A stretch of 64,000 nucleotides of DNA, taken from the NCBI GenBank assembly GCA_973895155.1, contig OZ316892.1:21019619-21083618 (forward strand), in the 5' to 3' direction. Below the pieces are notes generated by a model. It made no database searches. It worked only from the letters and a program-made list of their open reading frames with translations, and was not told where the DNA came from. The stretch comes from Marsupella aquatica (Eukaryota; Plantae; Marchantiophyta). Both the position numbers and the translations under genes were made by a program. Below, piece by piece: positions 23,159 through 35,456 of this stretch; position 1 is the first letter of the stretch, and each line of letters starts with the position of its first letter.

Positions 23159-24364
23159 CTACTGTCGTAGCTGCTTCCTCTCTAGGAATTTGGCAAAAGA
23201 AACTGCCTCCAAGTAACCCACTTTCCCGCAAAAATCACAAGACAGGTCCTCAACAACAATATCACACTCATTAGCCTTGTGATTGGGGTTACCACAGTAG
23301 TTGCAAGATGGCAGCATGAAAGCAGCATGTGCTGGCTTGGTCTTGGAACCATACTGTGGCACACGAGAAGGAGTGGCCAGTGTAGGGGCAGCAGCCTGGT
23401 ACCTGGATCGCGGTGGACGTGCAATACTGGCCTCATAATGTGCATGGGCCAACTCAAGTTTCTCAGCAGTGTCATAGACATTGAGCAATGTGTAGCTGTC
23501 TCCAAACTTTGAGAATACTTGCTGCAACACTTGCGAATGGAGAGCTGGTGTGCCCTCCAATGCACGAAGATAGCGATGAGCAGCCTCCAAGTCAGTGATG
23601 CTCTGGGTATCCTTGTTCAACTTGAGAAGCCGGCGATACATCATCTTCAAGGTTTCATCGCGCTGCCTCACAAAGGTGGCCAACTGCATGATTTTCTCAG
23701 CACTCTTGATTGAGAATTCCAATTCAAGAACCTGGAAAAACTCAGCCACTGGATCAGCAAAGGCAGGAGAATCAATGGTGGGAGAAATGCCTGATGTAGC
23801 CTCTGCCAAGACAGTGGGAGTAACTGGCGCAGTGGTAGGAACTGGAGTAGGAGGGGAAGTGGCAGGAGCAGCAGCATGGGCTGCAATGGCATTCTGTAAG
23901 GCCAATTGTGAGGCTGCCGCAATTGCACTGGCATAGGTAGGGTTAGGCAACTGTGTGACAGCAAGCAGCCATTGAGAATGTTTCTCATACACATCCAAAG
24001 CCTCATGGTGCACATACCTGGCTAGCTGCTTAAATGCAAAAGCATTTATGAAATTGCTGCCATACTTAAACTCCAATTCGTATACGATAGTGTAGAAAGT
24101 GGATTTGAACTCACGCAAAGAAACAGTGCCTGGCCACCCGCTGAAGCGCTCAATGCGGCCAGATGAGTGGCTGGCATCCATGCTGTATGTCGGTGAAGCT
24201 GGAACAACCACTGATGCAGAAGGGGTAAATGGCAATGAAGTGATAGCAGGCTTCGGAGTAGTGGTAAAGCGACCGCCAAATTGAGCAGGATTGCGTGGTG
24301 TGGGTGCTGCTGCTGTCTGTGGCCGTCTTTGAAATTGCCAAGACTCCAATGAAATTGGTACCAA
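23159..24364 (-). CDS. Gag portion with CCHC zinc knuckle(s)
   Basis: CNYCGNPNHKANEC fits CX2CX4HX4C; degenerate second knuckle CDFCGKVGY. Position is 5' of the protease. Confidence 0.8.
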   Translation of the reverse strand: MVPISLESWQFQRRPQTAAAPTPRNPAQFGGRFTTTPKPAITSLPFTPSASVVVPASPTYSMDASHSSGRIERFSGWPGTVSLREFKSTFYTIVYELEFKYGSNFINAFAFKQLARYVHHEALDVYEKHSQWLLAVTQLPNPTYASAIAAASQLALQNAIAAHAAAPATSPPTPVPTTAPVTPTVLAEATSGISPTIDSPAFADPVAEFFQVLELEFSIKSAEKIMQLATFVRQRDETLKMMYRRLLKLNKDTQSITDLEAAHRYLRALEGTPALHSQVLQQVFSKFGDSYTLLNVYDTAEKLELAHAHYEASIARPPRSRYQAAAPTLATPSRVPQYGSKTKPAHAAFMLPSCNYCGNPNHKANECDIVVEDLSCDFCGKVGYLEAVSFAKFLERKQLRQ

Positions 24365-25766
24365 TGGTCGTGGATCACTCCGTAAATGGTACCTGGGTGT
24401 TGGTGGCGATGAGTTGCTACCTCCTGGCTTGTCGGCTGAGATGCTGCATGCTCACCCGGGGTGCCAATGGGAAAGAAATTGACAAGAAAAAGGAGTGGCA
24501 GCCCCAAGGCTAGGAAATGAAACCCACGAAGGAGGCAAACGGTGCAAGGCAGCAAGGCAGCAATGTGTCGAATGTGTAAACGCACAGAAAAGCCCCTTAA
24601 AAACTCCGGAAAGGCCTACTGCTGGCGGCAATAAAGAAATCCGGGAAAAGAAAATAGAAGTGGCCCCCCTTTAAGTGTATACATTGGGCCCCTCTGTGGA
24701 CCCAAAAACTGGCAGGAAAAGGGAAACCAAGAGGCGCGCGTCAGCGGGAAAAGAAAACCGGGCCAAGTGGGACACAGTATCGGGGCACGGTGCTCTATGG
24801 AGGTCGTCGATGGCAAGGTAAGAGCAAACGGAAAGAAACGGGCCCTACAAAATGTGAAAGGGGCCCCCTAAAGTGTATACACATCAGCCCGATGTGGTCC
24901 TGAGAGATGGAAACAGGTCGATCGTCGCGCGGCAAAAAAGCGAGACAAGCCAAAAAAGGCGAAAAGAAAACGGGAAGAGTGAGGCGAAGAAAAGGAAATG
25001 AGCCCTGCATAGGGCTTCGCACCCCCTCCCCCCCTCCTTATGAGCTCCCGAAGCCTCCTTGGGGCTTCGTGCCCTGGCAGGCCTAAGTACTCCCGTGTGA
25101 GGGAGTTCGAATTGAACTCCCCTCTCCTCCTTTAATGCAGCTTGGGCCTTGTGCCCTCTCCTGGCACTCTCGCTCCCCCTCCCGGCCTCCTTTTATTGCA
25201 GCATAGGGCCTCGTGCCCACTCCTTGCACTCCTGCTCCCCTCCTCTTGGCTTTAATGCTGCTGAAGGGCTTCGTGCCCTGCAAGAGGACTCCCGAAAGGA
25301 GTCTATGTTTACTCCCCCCCTCTTCAATGCTGACAGCGGGCTCCGTGCCCTGTAGAAGGACTCCCGAAGGGGGTCGACGTTAACTCCCCCTCCTCGCGCT
25401 TAATTAAATGCTGGCAACGGGCGCGGGAGGAAGAAAAACGCCGAAGGGAGGGTGTGCGGCCCTATGCGCGACCCAGGGGCAATGATGAGCCCCGCATGTG
25501 TATACACAGGCAGGACTGGGAGGCACCTCACGACGGTAGCTGCGAGGGGAGGCAAAATGAAACAACGGCCGGTGAGAGAAAAGAAAGAACGGGACCCCAA
25601 AGGGTCGTGAAAACATAAGGCGAAGGGAAGGTGGTCGCACTGTGACCGGAAAACACCGAATATGGCCCGAAAAAGGTCGTGGCAGTCAGCAACCGGCAGC
25701 CATAGTCGAAAGCAGCAAAGGGTCCCCAGATGCAACCGGAAAGCAAAAGTCGGGCTCCAACGGGAG

Positions 25767-25803
25767 TGTTATGTGTATACTTATGTTAAGTATACACATA
25801 ACA
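25767..25803. other. Perfect 17-bp-arm hairpin in the retroelement 5' leader
   Basis: tgttatgtgtatactta-tgt-taagtatacacataaca. Confidence 0.9.
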
Positions 25804-25923
25804 TCATATTGAACCCATAATTTCAACTCGTCCCTCCGATGTCCGTCGAATAAATTGCAATGGCTTCACCAGAAATTGTCATAATTGTCACGAACAATCT
25901 TCTTCCCCTCACCACTATCTCAG

Positions 25924-25938
25924 CAGTTCTTCTTGAAT
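25924..25938 (-). other. Self-priming primer-binding site candidate
   Basis: cagttcttcttgaat abuts B' and is the exact reverse complement of 26080-26094 (attcaagaagaactg) inside B'. No TGG-initiated tRNA-type PBS is present at this position. Confidence 0.7.
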
Positions 25939-26296
25939 AAAAGGCGTAAGAGTAACAATTGTACTGAAATCGAATCGAAAACCGGCAGAATGCCAAGATC
26001 GGCCGGGAGCATCTAACGAATCACTGTGTGAATCCCGTGTACGGAACCAACGAGCACTGTCTGAGCTCTGTCAACAGCGATTCAAGAAGAACTGAAAAAC
26101 CAACAAAGAGAAACACACCCTAAGTAGATCAAGTCAAGGCGTCACACTAACAAGCACATTTTGCTTCAAGACTGGCCCAGACTTGCTACAAGAACATGAC
26201 ACTAACTCAAGTAGTACACTAGCCCTAACTACATACCTAGCGGGCATGCGAGGGACATGCCGATGTGCACAAGCGGCACTGTCCCTCGGCATGACA
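25937..26296 (-). repeat. Split repeat B' (360 bp), 5'-terminal copy
   Basis: Matches 16508-16867; begins TGTCATGCC on the minus strand; followed on the + strand by the TSD CAGG. Confidence 0.93.
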
Positions 26297-29200
26297 CAGG
26301 GAGTAACTTTGTGGTCCGAATGTGGTTTACCATTGGGATAGGATTTTGGTCTGTCTTGGGCCTTGGGTTTATAGTATTTGAGCTTGTGTATATCTTGGCA
26401 TGACTCCTTTTATGCTTAAAAGTATTTTATATAGAATGGATTTCTGTTTGAATTATTTTCTTTGGGATCCTGTCTCCCAGTATGGCACCCTTTAATATTC
26501 TTTATAATCTTATATATTTTCGATGGAAGTACAGTGTGGCACCCTTTATTCTTTACAATCTTTCATATATTCGATGGATTCCGGAGTCAAACTTTGACTA
26601 CTTGGTAGCTAGAGATCTCCTTCGTATGCTGTAGTTACGAACTAGGCTATCTCCACCTAAACATCTCCTCGGTACGGGTCACCTTTTCCAATCCAAAACA
26701 AATATAAAAAGGTACAAAATCACCATCCTACTATCCTGATAGGATCCCAAGATAGAAAAATTTTGTCCTCTAGTGTTCCCCACTCAAACAGATTCTCTGT
26801 TTGGATGAATCTAGTTTATACTCATATGTGATATGTAGTGTAAGGTAAGATTGATTGGGGCAGGTAAGGTAAGGTGAGCTAAGCTAGGATTGTAATGCTG
26901 CAAGTGTTCCTGCTCCAATGAGATTTTATTTGGTGAGTTCTTATCATAGGATTAAAAATGAGAAGATCCTGTGACGGACTTGTGTGCAAAGGTTGAGGCG
27001 AATGCAATGTGGGATAGGATGAAAATGATGAACATGCTGAATATGCATTGGCCATAAGTTGATGGACACAGGCAATTTTGTGGTGTGCATAATTATGAAA
27101 CCTAGTTTTGTTGACAAAATTGCAAATTCCTTATGTATTTTCCTGGGTACAGGGGCTAAAACCATCTCTGGAAAATATGAACCTAAGTGTAGATGCAACC
27201 ATGAAGATAAGGAGGTGCTAGAATTATTTGCATTTCATATTCTTCTCCTTGAGATGGCTCGTAGTAGCTTGCAAATAAGTGTTAGTCAATAACCAAACAA
27301 GACAAAGTAACTTGAGTAGTCTACCCAACAAGGGAATGTAGAGACAAAGATGAGAGGAGCTTGTACTAGTAACAGTTTTGGGTAGTGCTTGAGGCATTCA
27401 TACGCTTGGCCTTTGTTCACAGTCAATGACTGCATAGGACAAAGAAAAGGGACGAAGCTGAGGGCAAATCGAATTATGAAGGCAATATTTGATTGTGAGT
27501 CTGGATGCCAACCAAAAGAAATACATGGACAAAGAGTGAGCTTGTGATCTATGATGCATCACAAGTCATACGGGGAATGGCTTTGCTTATGGGTTGTTGT
27601 CCTCATTATTGTTCAAGGAAGTGACGTATTGGTCCTGGGCCCAATAAACTGATAAACTCGATCCGGTAGCTCCAGGGGTAATCGGGAATAATCTTTATAA
27701 TATTTTGCATATCCGAAATGATTGTTATAATATTTTGCATATACTGAGCAAGAATTTAGATCAATCTTCTTGGTCTCGTGACCAAATAGATCTTTGGTCA
27801 TGGAACGGAATTTAGGGTACATACATCTATACATGGCAGTTGCCGGATTTGCCACATCATAGCGCATTATTCCTTATCGGTAAAAGTAGGTGCCAGCAAA
27901 ACGCAAAGCTTTCCTTATTTGTAGTAGATAAGTTTGGATTTGTAGCTCGTCGGCTCTACAGAAAATGAAGATGCTCTGACTTTGTACGCCAACCGGGCCG
28001 GGTCAGACCTGTAACTACAGTCAATAAACATTTCGACCATGATTGTCCAGACTGTGACCAGGGTTATCTGCTTGTCGGTGTTTATATGGCAACACGACAG
28101 AGGAGAGATCCTCGGCTTCGCTGGTCAAACGCAAGGAGGTTCCATTTCCAAATGGGGCCCACCATGAGTGGGTGCACGTCATCGTTTACCCGCAGGAGAT
28201 CCTGATCGACGTTCAGTTGTCCCCCTCAGGGGCGCCAGATCTACTGGGGCCGTTCGATTTCAAGCCCTAGCGTACAAGCGACAGAGGATAATGTAAGGTG
28301 AGGTGAGGTGAGTCTACCAGCCACCTGACCGTCACTCCTTGATCGTGGTTCCTGGCTGAACTTACGGCGTACTCTGTCTAGTACCGGTACAGTGATTGAA
28401 TGCTTTTGAATGGAATAGTATTAAATACTAATATCACGAATTGGAACAACATGTATATGTAAATAATTTTTTAGACGAGAGTGCTTTCTACTGTACCTGT
28501 CACCATCCAGATAAGCAACAGGACGTATTGTGTGTGCCAATTGTCATTTAGCTAAAAAATCTGTGGACAAATATAGAGTATCTAAAGCTCTTTATTGCAC
28601 ATGCTTACACTATTTAGGCAATGATCGACATACTTACACTATTTGGGCAATGATCGAACCGGTAACAAGTTTTGATTATGCTATACTATGAATACACATT
28701 TCAGATTTTGTATCACTAGCAATATTACCAGTTCGTTCCTTGAAGGTAAAGAGAAATGAAGAAAAATAATCTTGCATAATAAAACTTAGATGCTAAAAGT
28801 TACTCTTTGCCCATACTTTTTTTGTCCACCTTCATGTCAGTTTTGTCTTTATTTGAAATCAATATCATTTTTGCCCATCCTCATTTAAAGTTTTTTATTG
28901 AGACTCATGATTACTTTTGTTTGTATTGAGGGATATTAATATGCATTTTTATTTCAATGTGCCATAACAAAGTGTATGATTTGTAATATTTAGATTTTGA
29001 ATCAAGCTTGGGACCCTTTAAAAAAAATTATTGTCCTAGAGTATATTGTTCGCATCCCACTTAATTTAATCCTTGCCTTCCTAGAAGTCTACTTTCCTAC
29101 TAGTTTTAGATTCAATAGTTTGAATCTAATCTCTTTCGGTCACTTTCACTAGAAAGAACCTCGATCTGTCGTAGTGAGGGAGAGGAATAATTATGGCCAA

Positions 29201-31504
29201 TGTGGACACCTTGTGTGTGTTAAGTTCCCCTCGTGGACCCGTGAGAGAAATAATTATGAACAATGTGGACAACTCGTGTGTGTTAACCTCCCCTCATGGT
29301 TTTCTTTCCCCTTTTCTTTCCCAAGTTTAGAGTTCTAATTGAATTGGGTTTAGGGTTAAGGCAGAAAATTTTGTTAGAACATCAGGTTCAAACAGCTTTG
29401 GTTGCTTTGATGTTTCATGTTTAATTGGTACTTCAGAGGGGGATCATCCATTACAGCTGCTGTTACAATCTTGCATCCATGAACTATCTATTTGCAAATG
29501 GGGTATTGAGGCCTACCTTTCAATTTGCTCCTTTGTCTTGCATCAACATATACTTGTGTAGGCTCTATCTCTTCATCATTAGATAGCACAATTATGCCTG
29601 CATTCATCATCTTCTCCTTTCCATTCCTACGCCTTGCAGAATGCTCTGCAGCCAATAAATCAATAGTCCCCAAGTAATTATAGTTAGAAAATGAATGTTT
29701 GTTAGCTGTCAATGATACAAATTCACCCAAGGAATCAGCAAAAGTTACTTGTTTATCAGGAACCTGGTCTCTGTAGACACATCATCAAAATAAACAGATT
29801 TTGGTTCCACTTTTGGCCTCTTGAGAGAGCTCTTTGTTAGAGATCCCTCTATCACTATGCTAGGTTCAGGCACATCCTCATCTGCTGACTCATAGTAATA
29901 CTTGCCAGGCCAGGTCCAAGGTTTTTTAACAAATACTTCTTCAACATCAACTCTACTAACATTGATGGGATCAATAATACACTCCATAAACAAGTCATCC
30001 TCTTTACAATCCATTCCTTGCCCATTTCAAGGGATAATTCAACTTGCAGCAGACATGAAGATTCTAGATTTCACCATCTCTATTAATGTTGAAACAAATG
30101 TTGTATGAAATGGCCTATGTGATCTGTATTTGTGTCATACATACATTCAATTAGCTACATTGTTGTTTGTGAGTGTTATCCTTGACTTAAAATTTTCTCT
30201 ACCATAAATGGAATGCAACTATGTTCCTGCAATCATTTCTTTATTGGTAATATTAAACAATGTCTGCTCAACATGGCTAGCTCCTAAATCTTTAATACAA
30301 TAACTAATCATTCTCTTCCAAGACAATATGCAACTACCTATTAGTTAAACATTTACACATTAATTTACCAACTGGTTTCATATTTTTAATCCCATGCTAA
30401 CCCATATATTTTCTCACAAGAAACCTAAAGGATCTGACAAATTTTGTCCAAGCTCTTGCAACCATTTGGAAATGGAGATGATTCTCTAATTCTCCTCTCT
30501 TGGTCTCCCCTCTCAAGCTTAATAACTCTTGCCACACAATGATCAAGCTGAGAGTATGGAGTTTATGAATCTCATCTTTATGAACATAAACACCAAAGTA
30601 TCCAATTGTGATATTTAACTCAAACACATTGTCAACCAGAGAAGCTTCATCCTTCTCCTCTCGGGGGGGTCACTTCCACGGAAGTGGCACATCACGTGCG
30701 ACAAAGTATAGGCCCATTTAAATGGGTGTGGCGGAAGACTTCCAAAGTTTGGTGGAAGAACACATAGTGCATGTTTTATTGATTGGTCAACTTTAAAGAA
30801 CACATAGGCCTATTTAATTGCAAAAATACTTTCTTTCAAGTTTTTAGGGGTTTTTTAATAAAAAATGACAATATTTAAAGAAAGAAAGGGCTTTGCAAAA
30901 AAATAATTTTCACTTATAAGTTAGGGGGTCAAACCCTAAAACGTCGCACGCGATGTATGGCCCTCCATATAGTGACCCCCCCCAGCTTCTCCGGCACAAT
31001 AAGTCTCACTTTTTGCTTCAAAGAAGCCATGTTAGTTTTGCATGGAGTTCTCTAGACTCACGTAAATGTTTCTAGGAATATGAATTACATATACAAAACT
31101 CAATTCAAAAAGAAAAGTTGGGTAAATATCAATTTTTTTTACTATAAAAAAATTTCCTTTTGATTCTACCATAGTTTCATCTTGGCTTGTGTTCTCAGTT
31201 GCCTGCAAAATTCAAAATGGTCCAACAAGCAATTTCTCTTTGCCCAACGCACAAACAAAACCAAAACATTATTTGAAATCCCTATCAGAGTGTGGTGACT
31301 CCTTCTCTATGTTTTCAAGAATAACTTGGACCAAATACTCTTGTGTAAAGAATTATAGTATTGTCTATTGCTAGTACGTTGTGATTCAATAGAAATTAGT
31401 ACTACTACAAAAAAGCAAGGTAAATACAAGGGTTAATCAACGTTAGGGACCTTGAACTATTAGTACTTTCAATAGCAAGTAGCACACTATTAGATGAATC
31501 TCAA

Positions 31505-31985
31505 AGGTTGTTAGTAAATAATCTTGACACTCACAGGCTTTTAGTGAACAATCTTGACATACTCAAACTGTTGACAGGTTCAAACTCTTAGTAAATATTA
31601 ATCCCAACAAACTCATAGGCTATTAGCGAGCAACCTTGACAGACTCAAATTGTTGACAAGTTCAAACGATTAGTAAATATTTCTATAGACAAAGATTGCT
31701 GGTATGACTCAAACTATTGATGAACTATTGATATTTCTATTAGTAAGTAGACTCAAATTGCTAGTAAATAATCTTGATTGATTGTTAGTGACGCCCAAGG
31801 ACTGGTGGTAAATAACCTTGACAGACTGATATTAATAAGTAACCTTGATGGAGTGAAAATGTTCATAAATAACCTTGATAAACTGAAACTATTAGTAAAT
31901 AGTCTTGACTCACTGATTGTTAGAGACACCGGGAGAGACACGTACCCAAACACTATTAGTCAACTAGAGAATCCAAACATTGTTA
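31505..31985. repeat. Degenerate ~30-bp minisatellite
   Basis: More than 10 diverged copies of approximately ttagtaaataa(t/c)cttgacagactcaaact. Confidence 0.7.
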
Positions 31986-34900
31986 GAAAAAAGACCCTAT
32001 GCCTCCAATGTTAATAATAATGGGTTGGATATGCGAACGGATGGAAGGTGCGATAAATCCAATCTAAGATTAATTTTTTTATAATCAAGATTTTAAATAA
32101 CAACGAGCAATTTTATTGGTCAAACCCTTTATAAAGAAGTTAGGGTGATATAAATGGCAGCCATATTAAATTTGCTTGAAGGGGGGCCATAATACTATAT
32201 GAACACAACATGATTAGATTGGCACACATGTTAATTTTTTATTGGGCCAGGTTTACACAACATTATGAGATGTATGCATATTTAGGATTAGTAGATTTAA
32301 CAATATATGATGAATGTTGGGGGGGTTTAGAGATATTAAATGTGACTCTATCAGTGAATCCATCGAGTCCAAATGTGTTCCACTTGCATACTACTGATGC
32401 AAATTTGTTGGATTATTTTGCTAAATCTCGTAAATGATTTGTACAACAGAGAAATAGACTTTGATGTTGATGTATACCTAGTCATGGATCATGTACACTT
32501 CGGCAAACTTAATTTGAAGGCAATTATTTTTTCTGTTTGTTATTCTCTTGTTAGATTTAGATGAGTTTCTAGTGTTGCATAGTAGATTTTACTACGGTCC
32601 ACCTGTTCATCAATTGATTGTATTTTTGATAGAGAATTTTTGATTGTGTTCACTGTAGGAAGCCATTTAAGAACACAAAAGTAGCTTTTCTAACTTTAAA
32701 ACTCGAAATTTGAACCCTTTAAGGACAGAATTGGAATAGATTGAATAGTTTTATAACTTTGAGAGGTTTAGAGTCCCTTACTCTATACAACTCAAGTTTC
32801 CTTACAGGAAAAATAAATAAATCAACAAAACACAAACAAAGTAAACTTTTGAGTTATAGATGAAAGTAAGTCTAGATTGAGTCAGATTTATTATCAGTTT
32901 GATACTACCACTATTAAGGATTGCTCTTAGTCTTGTGACTCATAGGTTATGGTGTTTAGGCTAACCACAATTAGGGACTTAGCTAAGATTAGGTTAGTTG
33001 TGTATTGCATATACCAGGGCTAGTGTAAGTCGCTGGTATGTGGTGTTTGCTCATTGTAACGAAGCAACTTGAGGAAGAGAGAGAGAGAGCTTGTGTGTTC
33101 AACTACTCTGAAATAAAGTTGTTGTGTTTGTGTGGATGTAGCCTTGGAGAAGAGGTGAACCACGTATGGATTGTGTCGACTACGTGAGCATGGTATGAGT
33201 CATGATTGTATCGTCATGAAGGAAGACGTCTTACTTCAACAGCCACTCCTTCAGAAAGGATTATGGTCTTATCATATCCTTCCTCTAAATCCATAACAAT
33301 ACTGATTGAAAGAATCATGCTCACCAAACCCAAAGTAGGTTTCTAATTGCAAGTACTAAGATCTCAACTAAAATGTCGTCAACAAGGATTGACCTTCGGC
33401 GATGCGTAACTCCAATCAATCACTAGTGAATATGCCAAAGTACAAGAATGGTACTTACTATTGTGAAAATAGAATCTTACTTCTCACATTCAAGGATTAA
33501 TTCTTGAATTGGCTACCAAATCTCATCTGAGCAAGTCTAGCAGTGAATTCGATATGAACATCAAAAGTTTATGGTTAAACTCAGTTATCAAAGGAATCTT
33601 TTGAATTCAATCACAATTCAAGATAAAAGCTTTATTTCCATACAAGACATTGACTCTCAATATTTTGTTACAATGGAAGGAGGAAAACTAGTCGATAGTC
33701 TCCATTATTGAATAATGTTCCTTAAGGGAGCAATCCTAAAGGGTCTTATAGGTTTAAAGTCCTAACATAATGGTGGTATGAAAAGGTATACCCTTTGAGT
33801 TCAACTAAGCATGACATAAGTGTAGTAGAAGTATTTCAAGAGTAGAAAAAAACTAATGTAACAGTAGTCTATTTCAAAAATTAAATTTAAACGCCAAAAT
33901 GACTAAGTGTCATCAAACTTTTGTGGCAAAATATAACATTTGATTATCTCTGTCTATTTTTCATTTCTAATTTGGAATACCCAAAATGTTGATTTTCATA
34001 CAGTGCCTTCTCCTTTCTTTAATCTACGGGTTGGCAAAGTCTCACACTTTCTCAGATGTCTAGGTGCTTTAAATAAATCAGACAATTTAAGCATTGTCGG
34101 ATGAAAATATAGTCTGCCAGAAAATGTTCTAAGTGTCAGGGAAAAAGTGGACGTTTCCTGAAGCGTCGAGTAATCCCTTGGACGCTTTTCAAAGCATCGA
34201 GTAAATCTTATTTTCAGTGGCAGGTAGACTCTTCCAAAGGCGTCGTGTACTTAAGTGGACGCTTTTCAAAGCGTTGTCGAAGACAAAGTGGATGATTGGT
34301 AACTTTGAAAATTTATAACTTCCTAACCGCAACTCTAATGAAGCTGAAATCTTGCTAGGGTAATCCCCTAGGTCTATTCTACCTACCTACAGGATTTCAG
34401 ATATTTTTGAGATCTATAATATATTAAATAAAATAGTAGGGTATTCAACTTCTTAAATTGCATTTTACACTTAGAAATTATTCAGACATCTCCTCTACTT
34501 CATAAAAAGTTGCAAAAATTCCAGAATAAACTCCAAATGATGAAATCGGAGAAAAATTGTCTATCCACATTCACTAAGGTCCTTTGAAGATTAGACTTGA
34601 ACAAGATAGCAAATGGTTTGGGGGCCTTGAATGAGAAGGTGTTTCAATGTAGGAAATACTTTTGGACGTGCACAATGTGTATATGTGTGTACAATGTGGA
34701 AGTAATAGTAATCACAATTTTTAGTATTAAAACCATTGTGCTCATAGCCACGAGAGTGCATTTTAGGATTGAACCATTGTGCTTTTTCATGAGAGAAAGA
34801 CTTATTTTAGTTAGACTTTTCATTTTTTTTAGTCAAATGAATTACATATTGTAGCATACTAAACTTGTAATATTGTAAATTGTACATATTGTAGCATACT

Positions 34901-35417
34901 AACAGGAAAAATCCCCGGATGCTCCACACAAACTTTGCATGTACATATTTATCATTTTTCTATGGTATGAGTTCCTGAAATGATTGTGTTCACTGAACAT
35001 TTTATAAGTCCTTAAGGTATTCTTTAATTCCCCAAAAGTGGAAATTATAATGTATGGAAGGGGTAATATTGTTGGCAAAAAGTATATATTTTAGAATAAC
35101 AAGGGATTTTTTTTGTCTCAAAAAAATAATAAGGGGTACTAGGGAGGGGTGCATTTGCACGTATACCCCTATACTTTACAAACGCTCGGGGCCCAAGGAA
35201 AAAAGACTCAAATACAAGGATTCAAACACTTATAACAAACCACGAATCAAGACTTGGGAAAGATAAATGCAATGTTAGAGACCACCTTCACTGATCCAAA
35301 TACTGTTAGAGCATTGTTAGCAGACCAACCACTAAATGAGTTAAACCAAGACCAAGGACTGAAGAAAACTGGGCAAATTAAATGGTGTTAAACACTAGAA
35401 CAAGGACAAGATCAAGA

Positions 35418-35456
35418 GAGGCAAGGCAAGGCAAGGCAAAGCAAGGCAAGGCAAGG
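35418..35456. repeat. (AGGCA)n microsatellite
   Basis: About 7 pentamer units. Confidence 0.85.

Larger units (their letters stand above)
17087..24364 (-). pseudogene. Disrupted single gag-pol polyprotein (~2,400 codons): Gag(CCHC)-aspartic protease-C5 DNA methyltransferase-RT-RNase H-integrase-PHD
   Basis: ORF pieces join into one frame when six TAG stops (23159, 22775, 21275, 20392, 20158, 18439) and two frameshifts (~21065; CA-run ~17500) are bridged. The start codon is uncertain (TTG 24364; first in-frame ATG ~24181). Confidence 0.88.
16330..26296 (-). mobile_element. Ty3/Gypsy retrotransposon carrying a DNMT3-like cytosine methyltransferase and a PHD finger, bounded by split direct repeats
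   Basis: Termini TGTCGTG (16330)...CATGACA (26296), flanked on both sides by CAGG (16326-16329 and 26297-26300, a 4-bp TSD). Domain order PR-RT-RH-IN is Ty3/Gypsy. Repeat pairs A/A' and B/B' are ~97% identical by eye. Confidence 0.93.

Noticed and set aside
8777-26296. Functional 'epigenetic cluster' of JmjC gene plus DNMT/PHD
   Set aside because: The JmjC gene lies outside the TSD-bounded element; proximity is adequately explained by chance insertion.
29400-30400. Coding-like minus-strand fragments (80-89 aa)
   Set aside because: Interrupted by stops with no recognisable family; probably old TE debris.
32880-33180. Solo-LTR-like segment (gtggatgtagcc...gtgaaccacgta)
   Set aside because: The motif is suggestive, but boundaries and a TSD could not be defined.
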